A stretch of DNA of 60,976 bases, from IMG/VR virus record IMGVR_UViG_3300045999_003786, positions 1-60,976 of that record; one strand, given 5' to 3'. This stretch comes from a virus (taxonomy: Duplodnaviria > Caudoviricetes). Positions 44,191-52,845 of the stretch are shown in pieces (position 1 is the first letter of the stretch; each line of letters begins with the position of its first letter). The notes under the pieces are model-generated. The model saw only the letters and a list, made by a program, of their open reading frames with translations. It did not search any database and was not told the origin of the DNA. A program made the position numbers and the translations under genes.

Positions 44191-44488
44191 TCATTGACAT
44201 CACTAATTCCGGTAATTGTTATTACCGGAAATAGCAAAAACGAACGAGAAGCATTCTCATTTGCAAGGTACCCTAGCGCCGATTCGTTTGGCGGGCTGGC
44301 CGGGATCGAGCCGCGACCCGCCGCTGGGCCGCCGTGCGCGAGCCCGCCGCTTTAGCCGGCTTTCGCACAGTAAATTACCCCCCGGAAAGTATTTTGGCTT
44401 TTGTGGTTTGACTGGTATGTGGCTAAATGGCCCCCATGTGTTGTGGAAGTGAGTGGGCTGAAAATTTTTTGCAAATTTTGAAAAGGTA

Positions 44489-45970
44489 TTGCGAATGCAT
44501 ATGGACGCGAAGGAGGTTGAGGCGCAGCGGTTGAGGCTGGAGTTGAGGCTGGCGTTGTTGGACCGGAGGGAGAGGAGCAAGGCGAGCTTTATTGACTTTG
44601 CGCGCTATGCGTGGCCGGAGGCTATTTTCTCGGCGCATCACAGCAAGATGGCGAATGCGTTTGACCGGATCATCAGTGGTGACCTGAAGCGGCTGGTTAT
44701 CAACATGCCGCCGCGTCACACGAAGAGTGAGTTTGGCTCGTACTTGTTGCCGGCGTATGCGATGGGTCGAAAGCCGGACTTGAAGATTATTCAGGCGACG
44801 CACACGGGTGAGCTTGCGGTTCGCTTTGGTCGCAAGGTGCGTAACCTGATGGACACGCAGAACTACAAGGATTTGTTTGAGGGGGTTGAGCTGCAGGCTG
44901 ACAGCAAGGCGGCGGGGCGCTGGGAGACGAGTAAGGGTGGTGAGTACTTTGCGGTGGGTGTGGGTGGTGCGATGACGGGACGGGGCGCTGACCTGTTGAT
45001 CATTGATGACCCGCACAGCGAGCAGGACGCGATGTCGTCGCTGGCGCTTGATAACGCGTGGGAGTGGTACAGCGCGGGTCCTCGCTCGCGGTTGCAGCCG
45101 GGCGGGGCTGTTGTTGTGATCATGACGCGCTGGGGGACGAAGGATCTGACTGCTCGGCTGATCAAGAGTCAGAACTCGTTTGGCTCGGACAAGTGGGAGG
45201 TGATTGAGTTTCCGGCGATCTTTGATGAGGGTACGCCCAAGGAGCGTCCGCTGTGGCCGTCGTTTTGGAAACTTGAGGAGCTTCAGGCGGTGCGAGCTCA
45301 GCTTGGGGTGCAGCGTTGGAATGCGATGTACCAGCAGAGGCCGACGGCGGATGAGGGTGCGATTCTCAAGCGGGAGTGGTGGCGGATCTGGGAGCGGGAT
45401 GTGTTGCCGCCGGTTGAGTATATTATTCAGTCGTATGACACGGCGTACTCGAAGAAGGAGACGGCGGATTATTCGGTGATCACGACGTGGGGGGTGTTTT
45501 ACCCGACGGAGGATGCGGGTCCGAATTTAATTCTGATGGACATGCGCAAGGGTCGGTGGGACTTTCCGGAGCTCAAGCGTGTGGCGAAGGATCAGTACGC
45601 ATACTGGCAGCCGGACAATGTGTTGATTGAGGCGAAGGCGACGGGGACGACGTTGCAGCAGGAGCTTCGCCGGATGGGCATTCCGGTGACGATGTACTCG
45701 CCCGGTGGGCGTCGGGCTGGGCAGGACAAGGTGTCTCGGGCGAATGCGATTGCGCCGTTGTTTGAGTCGGGCATGGTGTGGGCGACGCAGGACCACTGGG
45801 CACAGGAGGTGATTGAGGAGTGTGCGGCGTTCCCCAACGGTGACAACGATGACATCGTTGACAGTACGACGCAGGCGTTGATGAGGTTCCGAGCGGGGAA
45901 CTTTATTGCGTTGAACACGGACGAGGAGGATGAGGTGGGTGACGAATCGCTTGTGCCGGAGTACTATTGA
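44489..45970 (+). CDS. terL: Terminase large subunit
   Basis: INMPPRHTKSE Walker A-like motif, GRGADLLIIDDPH, MTRW, YQQ.P, SYDTA, IEAKA.G, DK..R and FPNG..DD.VD. The true start is probably 44495 or 44501. Confidence 0.95.
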   Translation: MRMHMDAKEVEAQRLRLELRLALLDRRERSKASFIDFARYAWPEAIFSAHHSKMANAFDRIISGDLKRLVINMPPRHTKSEFGSYLLPAYAMGRKPDLKIIQATHTGELAVRFGRKVRNLMDTQNYKDLFEGVELQADSKAAGRWETSKGGEYFAVGVGGAMTGRGADLLIIDDPHSEQDAMSSLALDNAWEWYSAGPRSRLQPGGAVVVIMTRWGTKDLTARLIKSQNSFGSDKWEVIEFPAIFDEGTPKERPLWPSFWKLEELQAVRAQLGVQRWNAMYQQRPTADEGAILKREWWRIWERDVLPPVEYIIQSYDTAYSKKETADYSVITTWGVFYPTEDAGPNLILMDMRKGRWDFPELKRVAKDQYAYWQPDNVLIEAKATGTTLQQELRRMGIPVTMYSPGGRRAGQDKVSRANAIAPLFESGMVWATQDHWAQEVIEECAAFPNGDNDDIVDSTTQALMRFRAGNFIALNTDEEDEVGDESLVPEYY

Positions 45971-46032
45971 GGTAAAATGCTCCCAGTGCCTGCGATTCGG
46001 GGCGAGACGTTTATTTCTGAGGCTGTGTTGAT

Positions 46033-49000
46033 ATGCCAAATTTGACTTCACGAGAGATGCTGGCACGACTTCCTGTGCGGATGGCTGATGGTGGTGATGC
46101 GGCGGGCGTATCTGCGGCCTACCGAGAGGCGATGGCAAAGGGCGGCCAGCAGACTGTTAACGACTACTACGCTAATCTGCGGGCAGAGGGCGAGAAGTAT
46201 CTAGCCAACCCCAACGCGCCGACCGGCCCTGAAGCGTACAACGTGTTGTTGCAGTCTGGCATTAGCACCTCTGATCTGATCAATGCGGGTGTTAATCGGG
46301 CCGTGTTGGACAAGATCTTCACGGTGCAGCAGCCGGCTGGGCAGCTCACGGCGACGGGGCAGGTTATTCCGGCACAGGCTCCGGCGATGCAGTTTACGAC
46401 CCCCGCAGGCTTGACCTCTGCGTATGAGCGCAGTCCGGATTTGATGAACGAGATGGCGAGGCTTGGGCAGCTTGGGCAGGATGGGCGAGCGGCGTTGGAT
46501 GCGCAGGGCCGGGACTATCTTGCCAACTTACAAAAGGATGGCATTAGCGATCAAGAACGTGCGCAGGCGCGGGAGTACGGCACCGAGCGTGGCTACACGT
46601 TTGATGACCTGCGCAAGGCTGGTGTTGACCCGAGCTTTTTATTTAACATAGTGACGCCACCGCCAAAGGCTTACGTGCCGCCTGTGACTGCATCCTCTGC
46701 GTTCCCGCAGACGCAGACGACGTACACCGCGCCAACCGTGTACCAGCCGCTGGCAACACAGCCTGACATCTACACGGCTGGGCAGCCTGCACTTGACACG
46801 GCTTTCCGGAACAGCGCCCCGCGCACCGCGATTGCGGACATGCCGGGCTATTTTAACTACACCCCTGCTGCCAAGCTTCGCCCGGCAACAGGCGCCGGCT
46901 ACACCTTTACGCCGCCAAGCGTGACCTCCCGTCCGCGCTCCCTGTTGAGTCCGAGCGACATTAAGGCCTACGGCGGCATGACATCCAAGTCTCAGCAGTT
47001 TGCACAGAACCGCGCGGCTATTGACCGCAACTTGCGTGCCTTGTTGTCTGCGACGCCTGCGCTCCAGAACGCCAGCACCTACAACATGCTGCGCAACCGA
47101 GTAATGTCCGGTGAGTTTGGTGATGCGCAGCGCGCGTTTGACCCCGCGACGACAGAGGGGCAGCGATTACAAGCTTTGGTGAGTGGGCTTGGCACGGTTA
47201 CGGGCGGGCCTGCTCCGGGCACTACTGGCATCACTGGCGGCACCACTGGCACTATTGCCGACAGCACGACTGCGGGCGGATACGCGGCATCGATTGAGCC
47301 TCTGACTTACGGCGGCTACAGGGAGTTCAACCAAGGTGGTGCGGTAAAAAAGCCTGAAGGGTTTGCGGAAGGAGGGATTGCCACTTCAGGGCGAATCCCT
47401 CTTGATCCCAGCGACCCGAGGTACATCACAGAGGATCCGCGCGTAAGTCCTGATGTTCAGGTGCCGTTGGACGAGCTTCTTCGTCGGCAGATGGCGGCAT
47501 CTCCACGGCCCACGGCGCCGTCTCCTCGCATGGCCCGAGCAGCGCAGCAGGCCGCGCAGCCGCAGACAGAAAGTGCGTCGATGCTTAGCAACCTGCTGGC
47601 TGGCGCGGCGCAGATCCCCGGCACAGTGTACGATTACGGCAAGGGCATTGCGCAGAGCGAGCGCCCGCTGGCAGCGTTTGGCGAGGATGTGAGCACGCTG
47701 GCCGGTGGTATGTACGAAGGGCTTAAGCAGGATCCGATTGGGTTTGGCTTGGACATGACACCGATTATCGGCGAGATACGCTCAGGGATGGACGCGAAGA
47801 AGTACTCGGACATGGCCAACGAGGCGCAAGCTGCTGGCGACACGGCGCTTGCTGACACCTACCGGCAGGTTGCCACGATGGCAGCTGCAGGTGCGGTTCC
47901 TTTTGGCGGCATCGGCGCTCGCGGCGCTAGGCGCGCGGCAATAAGTGATATGGACGATGTGCCTCCGGACGATGTGCCTCCGGACAGTGCGCGGGGGATG
48001 ATGGATGCTCTGACGCCTGAGACGGGCATTGATGGCCCGAGAACACTAGGCGAAGACGTTGACGCCTTGACCGCACTGGACCAGCCGCCGGCAGGCAGTG
48101 CTGCGGCGATGTTGGATGATCTGGAAGATGCGGCTGATGTGTCTGTGGCCAGACTGGCCAGAAATGAGACGCAGGCGATAGATGCTGCGGTGAAAAGCAG
48201 AGGTCGTCGAAGAACTTTAAAAACCGAAGCACGCAGAATTAAAAACAATTATTTGCAAGAAGATGGCTGGGCACCCCTTGAAGTTGCAGGGGTAAAAGAG
48301 AACAAGCCTAGATTTAAAAAAATCGCTTATGGTTTTGAAAACGCACCAGAAGGTGTTGACCCGCTAACATGGTCAAGTCGTCTTTCTGACAATATAGTCT
48401 CAGAAGTTGACGGTGTAGTAGAGCGCGCGCGAGCTGGGGATGAGGCGGCAATCGGCATACTTAGACAGGCCAACTGGTATCGCAGCATGCGCAACCAGCT
48501 TCGTTCTGAGTTTGGAGGCATCGGGGATGTCTTTGCCGACGTGCTTGGCACAACAAGCGCCCAAACAAACGTGGAGCAAAATTTTAGGAATGCGGTCCAG
48601 ATATTGCGACGATATAGTCGCGGCGAGTTTGATGCGGAGCTGCAGGCTTATGAAAACAGAATTAAACAAGGCCTGCCTGTAGATGGAAAAACGCTGACTG
48701 CTTTGCACAATAACGGAGAGTTCCCTTTAATTACCAGTTCATCTGGCAAGCTTTTCAATACAAACAGCCCATCCTCGATGGGTGCGTTGTTGAATATGTT
48801 CAGGTCGGTAAAGACCGGAAGCGCACCAAAAACACCAAACTTTACCGGCAATCTTATTGGCCTTACTAATGAGGCAACAATAGATGTTTGGGCGGCACGT
48901 ATGTTGCGCAGGCTTTCTGGCCAGTCACGCATACCCCCTGTCGCTGAGCAGGGTGTGAAAGGCGACCATTTGGCCGGATCAACCCTTGAAAACCCCCTTG

Positions 49001-52000
49001 TTGGGAGCGAGTTTGGTTTTGGTCAAGAAGTGTTCCGCAACGCTGCAGACAGGATTAATGCATCTGGCGGTGTAAGGTCTATTGTTCCTGAAATGGGTGA
49101 TCTTGGGCCAGACGACCTGCAGGCGGTTGCTTGGTTTATGGAAAAGGAAAGATGGACTGATGCCGGCTGGACCACAAAAGCAGGGGAAGGCGGATCTCTT
49201 GACTACGAAATGTCCTTGGCAGGAAGCCCTGAGCAAGTGCAGATCAATAGCCTGCGACGAGAGCTCAATACTGGATTCAAAGCGCCAAAGAAAAGAAAAC
49301 GAGAAACAGAAGCGGAGCACGCCGAACGGGTAGCGCAGGCAAGGCGTGTTTATGACAATAGGCAGGAGTTTGCAGGCATCGAGCTTAGGGCTCTTCAGGC
49401 CCCGCTTCAACGCTACACAATAGGCGTCTCTGGCGAGATACGAAACCGCAAGGGAGTGCCAGACAAGCTGATGAGCAACTACGAACAGGCAGAATTTGCC
49501 GCTGAGTACGATGACGTGGTTCGTAATGATCCAGCTGTGCTTGGATACAACCTTGCCAATACCTACGGCTCTTTCATGGGCGCCACTGAACGGTCGTTGA
49601 ATGGGGAGTTTGTAGTTCGAGAAAACTTTGACCCAAGCGCCTTGATCAGAAGAATGGTTGAGCAGGGTAAATTTTACGATCAGGATGCTGTGTTCATATC
49701 CAAGTCGGTTCCGGCAGGAGCGCCAAACGCAAGGCCGGGGGTTGAGATATTTTATAAAAAAGAGGTGACCCCAGAGGCTCTTGCTAAAGTTACCGAGAGC
49801 TTGAGAGCGCATGGGATAGACGGGTTTACTTACATAACCGACATGCGGTTTGATGACAAAGTGAACCGTCAGGCTCGATCAGGCGCACGCGAGACAGCGT
49901 CCCTGACCGGATTGCGTTTTCAGTACATACCTGAGTTTGATGAAAATTTTGATCCTGCTCGCGCTGCTGAGATTTATAAGGAAAAAGAAGATTTGTTTGC
50001 AAGAGTGCTTGCAGATACAATGGCGGATGAAAATGTATCTGATGTAAGATATAACTTTTACGATACGCAAGTCTTTTTTAGGGATGGATACGATGAGTAC
50101 CTTACGAGAAATACTCCAGCGGGTGGAAGCCAATCAGGGGGAGAAATCTCCACTGGCGCAGGCCCTGCGCAATCAAATAATGGCGGAAGAGCGGGGACAG
50201 AGCTTCGGCAACCTGTACCTGACGGGCTCGGTCAAGCGCCCGGTAGCGGCATCCCCCAGCTCAAAAAAGGCGGAGCAGTAACCTCCTCCCGCCGCATGTT
50301 GGATGCCCTCATCGGAAAAAAGCCTGAAGGCCAGCGCGTTGATGCGTCTGGCCTGCAGCGCTTTGCCAAAGGTGGAGAAGCAGCCTCTGCGCCCACCTCC
50401 CAAGAACTCCTTGCGCAAATTGATCGCAGCACGGCCAACTCCCCTGCTCCTGCCTACGGCACGGCCAGCAGCGCCCCCGACCGCGAAGTGACTGAAAGCC
50501 GCAACATGCTGATGCGCATCAGTGATGCGTTTGGCAAGAACGTGACGGCTCCGGTGGTTGGGTCAGCGCTGGACATGACGGCTGGCGTCGGCGATCTACT
50601 GCAGATGGGCGCGAAGGCCGGCGCAAAAAGGTTGGGCATTGAGACCAAGCCGTTCACTCCTGTGTCTTCTGCTATTCAAGAATCCCTTGGCGTTGCCGGC
50701 TATGACCCGTACTCGCCCGCAGCGCTTGCAGCCAGTGTTCTGCTACCAGCCGCAGGGCCGTTGCGCGCCGCTGGTGCCGCAACACGCCCCATGATGAGCA
50801 TGGCGGCCCCCGGCAGCGCGAAGGAGACGCTCTCGCGGCTTGCGCCTATTCTGGACAGGGAAGCATCGGTGGCTGCCAGCGCTGAACTGGCGGCGATGGG
50901 CGCGCGCGAACTGGCTCCTGACAATGTCACCGCAGAAATAGCAGCAGCAATTGCCGGTGGCGGTGCGTACAACACCTTGGACAACATCTTAGGTAGCGCC
51001 TCAAGGGGGCCGACTACCAGCGGCATTATCAAAGAGCGTGGTGGTAACTGGCTTGCTGGATCGATTGAGGATGATTTAGCAATGTTGCGCAATGCTAATC
51101 AAGGACTGCTTTCAGATACGCCAGCAGCTAAACTCGCTGAGATGGAAGCAAGGTATACACCAGAGGCAATGGCATCTCTTAGTCCAGACTTAAGATCGCA
51201 CGTTCAAAGCAGTCTTGATAGTCTTCGATCCAGAGCATATATCGACAACTGGATTGACTCGAAACTGGGCAAGTACATTCGTAATGAAATGGCTACTGAG
51301 TCAGATCCTATACGACTGCAGGCCGATGCGTTTGAAGGTCTTCAAGCAGATCGCCTAGCACAAAAAAACGCGCAAATTGCCAGAGCAATGGAGAACATGG
51401 AGCGAGCGCGGCTTGATCGGGGCGTTACGCTTAATGAAATGACTGCGTCTCAGGCGCAGATCAGGGAGCTTGAGCGTGAGAGAGCCTTGATTGCAGCGCA
51501 GACTGGGTTGCATGCTGATATTGCATTACTCGGAGACGATGGTCTTGCGGCTCACTGGGCGAGACGGGAATCTGGATACCCTATGTTTGGATCAGGACTG
51601 TCTACTATGGGTAAGGCGTGGGAAGACGCAGCGGACTTGTCTATCAGGAGAGATAAGGCAGGAGATTTATTAACTGAAGGTGAGAGCGAATGGGTGACTC
51701 CTGCAGCTCTTGCAAGGATGCAAACTGATTTTATTAATAAAAACCCGTGGCTGTCTAAAATACCTCCAGAGTCAAATGTCTACAGTCCTCGACAAAGCGG
51801 CTATCCATTTGGCGGCCTCGGGCTTGACCACTTAATCGACGAACTGGGAAATGCCACAGCGCCAAACTCTGACTTGCCAGCGTCCCTGCGCATTGACCCT
51901 ACTAATTTAAATAGGATGTCTGTTGCGGACGTTTCCAAGAAGGTTGACGAGATAAACGCATGGAGAAAAGTTAACCGTGCAGAGGCGGATGCGGTAAAAG

Positions 52001-52836
52001 CCAACAACGCCGCCACGGTTCCTTACAGGCAATACGATACTGTCCCGTACCAGAACAAGCCAAACGTCAAAGAGTTTAAGTGGGTTCAGCTTGCGAGAAG
52101 CCAAGAAACGCCAGAGGCCAACGCTGCGCTAAATGACGCGCTGGAGTATGAGGGCAGTGCAATGGGGCACTCGGTTGGCGGGTACAGAACTCGGGAGCGC
52201 GGCGGCTCTGATACTTACGGACTCGGCGGGTGGGATGCCATAACCAATGATCGTGCGCGCATCTATTCTCTGAGAGATGAAAGCGGAAAACCTTTTGCAA
52301 CAATTGAAATGGAGAACGAACCTCCGTGGATTTCAGGTGAAATACTTAATGAGATTGAGCCGGGAATCTGGAACCAGATTGTTGCCGACCGTGGTCAGTA
52401 TGACGCTAGCGCATGGCTTCAGCGAAACAGACCTGACATTTTGGAAAAGTTTAACGCTCGGCCATATCTTGGCATTAATCAGATTAAAGGTCCCGGCAAC
52501 GGCATGCCGGATGCAGATGCTTTGCCGTTTATCCAAGACTTTATTATGTCTGGGAAATGGTCTTATGTTAATGATCTGCAGAACACAGGGCTTGCAACAC
52601 GAGACCGACGGACCGGCCGCACCCCAAGATCACTTCAAAGTTTAAGCACCAAAGAAATTGACCAAATTTGGGATAGAATTGATGGTGATTACACGACTGA
52701 AAGCGAGATGCTGAGTAAGGCTAGAGAGCTATTTCCAGATAAAATTCCTTCAGATAAAAAAGGTTTTACTAAAGGCGGCCTAGCATCCAAAAGCAACGTA
52801 GAGCGCGTGCGCAACGATAATCGAAAGTATCTTTAG
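46033..52836 (+). CDS. Giant modular (polyvalent) virion-associated protein, 2267 aa
   Basis: Lies between terL and portal. Contains a glycosylase-like HhH domain (WY...PKT.NF..NL..TIDVWAAR...LQAVAW) and a PcfJ-like domain (EG..MGHSVGGY..IYSLRD..TIE..QIKG..N), with modules separated by xxxGG motifs. Confidence 0.75.
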   Translation: MPNLTSREMLARLPVRMADGGDAAGVSAAYREAMAKGGQQTVNDYYANLRAEGEKYLANPNAPTGPEAYNVLLQSGISTSDLINAGVNRAVLDKIFTVQQPAGQLTATGQVIPAQAPAMQFTTPAGLTSAYERSPDLMNEMARLGQLGQDGRAALDAQGRDYLANLQKDGISDQERAQAREYGTERGYTFDDLRKAGVDPSFLFNIVTPPPKAYVPPVTASSAFPQTQTTYTAPTVYQPLATQPDIYTAGQPALDTAFRNSAPRTAIADMPGYFNYTPAAKLRPATGAGYTFTPPSVTSRPRSLLSPSDIKAYGGMTSKSQQFAQNRAAIDRNLRALLSATPALQNASTYNMLRNRVMSGEFGDAQRAFDPATTEGQRLQALVSGLGTVTGGPAPGTTGITGGTTGTIADSTTAGGYAASIEPLTYGGYREFNQGGAVKKPEGFAEGGIATSGRIPLDPSDPRYITEDPRVSPDVQVPLDELLRRQMAASPRPTAPSPRMARAAQQAAQPQTESASMLSNLLAGAAQIPGTVYDYGKGIAQSERPLAAFGEDVSTLAGGMYEGLKQDPIGFGLDMTPIIGEIRSGMDAKKYSDMANEAQAAGDTALADTYRQVATMAAAGAVPFGGIGARGARRAAISDMDDVPPDDVPPDSARGMMDALTPETGIDGPRTLGEDVDALTALDQPPAGSAAAMLDDLEDAADVSVARLARNETQAIDAAVKSRGRRRTLKTEARRIKNNYLQEDGWAPLEVAGVKENKPRFKKIAYGFENAPEGVDPLTWSSRLSDNIVSEVDGVVERARAGDEAAIGILRQANWYRSMRNQLRSEFGGIGDVFADVLGTTSAQTNVEQNFRNAVQILRRYSRGEFDAELQAYENRIKQGLPVDGKTLTALHNNGEFPLITSSSGKLFNTNSPSSMGALLNMFRSVKTGSAPKTPNFTGNLIGLTNEATIDVWAARMLRRLSGQSRIPPVAEQGVKGDHLAGSTLENPLVGSEFGFGQEVFRNAADRINASGGVRSIVPEMGDLGPDDLQAVAWFMEKERWTDAGWTTKAGEGGSLDYEMSLAGSPEQVQINSLRRELNTGFKAPKKRKRETEAEHAERVAQARRVYDNRQEFAGIELRALQAPLQRYTIGVSGEIRNRKGVPDKLMSNYEQAEFAAEYDDVVRNDPAVLGYNLANTYGSFMGATERSLNGEFVVRENFDPSALIRRMVEQGKFYDQDAVFISKSVPAGAPNARPGVEIFYKKEVTPEALAKVTESLRAHGIDGFTYITDMRFDDKVNRQARSGARETASLTGLRFQYIPEFDENFDPARAAEIYKEKEDLFARVLADTMADENVSDVRYNFYDTQVFFRDGYDEYLTRNTPAGGSQSGGEISTGAGPAQSNNGGRAGTELRQPVPDGLGQAPGSGIPQLKKGGAVTSSRRMLDALIGKKPEGQRVDASGLQRFAKGGEAASAPTSQELLAQIDRSTANSPAPAYGTASSAPDREVTESRNMLMRISDAFGKNVTAPVVGSALDMTAGVGDLLQMGAKAGAKRLGIETKPFTPVSSAIQESLGVAGYDPYSPAALAASVLLPAAGPLRAAGAATRPMMSMAAPGSAKETLSRLAPILDREASVAASAELAAMGARELAPDNVTAEIAAAIAGGGAYNTLDNILGSASRGPTTSGIIKERGGNWLAGSIEDDLAMLRNANQGLLSDTPAAKLAEMEARYTPEAMASLSPDLRSHVQSSLDSLRSRAYIDNWIDSKLGKYIRNEMATESDPIRLQADAFEGLQADRLAQKNAQIARAMENMERARLDRGVTLNEMTASQAQIRELERERALIAAQTGLHADIALLGDDGLAAHWARRESGYPMFGSGLSTMGKAWEDAADLSIRRDKAGDLLTEGESEWVTPAALARMQTDFINKNPWLSKIPPESNVYSPRQSGYPFGGLGLDHLIDELGNATAPNSDLPASLRIDPTNLNRMSVADVSKKVDEINAWRKVNRAEADAVKANNAATVPYRQYDTVPYQNKPNVKEFKWVQLARSQETPEANAALNDALEYEGSAMGHSVGGYRTRERGGSDTYGLGGWDAITNDRARIYSLRDESGKPFATIEMENEPPWISGEILNEIEPGIWNQIVADRGQYDASAWLQRNRPDILEKFNARPYLGINQIKGPGNGMPDADALPFIQDFIMSGKWSYVNDLQNTGLATRDRRTGRTPRSLQSLSTKEIDQIWDRIDGDYTTESEMLSKARELFPDKIPSDKKGFTKGGLASKSNVERVRNDNRKYL
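50093..50281 (+). CDS. Candidate overprinted small gene nested in the polyvalent protein (alternative frame)
   Basis: MSTLREILQRVEANQGEKSPLAQALRNQIMAEERGQSFGNLYLTGSVKR is amphipathic and protein-like, while the host frame here is a G/S/P/A linker; weak SD GGATGG. Confidence 0.5.
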   Translation: MSTLREILQRVEANQGEKSPLAQALRNQIMAEERGQSFGNLYLTGSVKRPVAASPSSKKAEQ

Positions 52837-52845
52837 GACACCGAC

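Noticed and set aside
43806-44580. Several overlapping 70-140 aa ORFs upstream of terL
   Set aside because: Low-complexity translations of repeats in multiple frames without SD; treated as non-coding.
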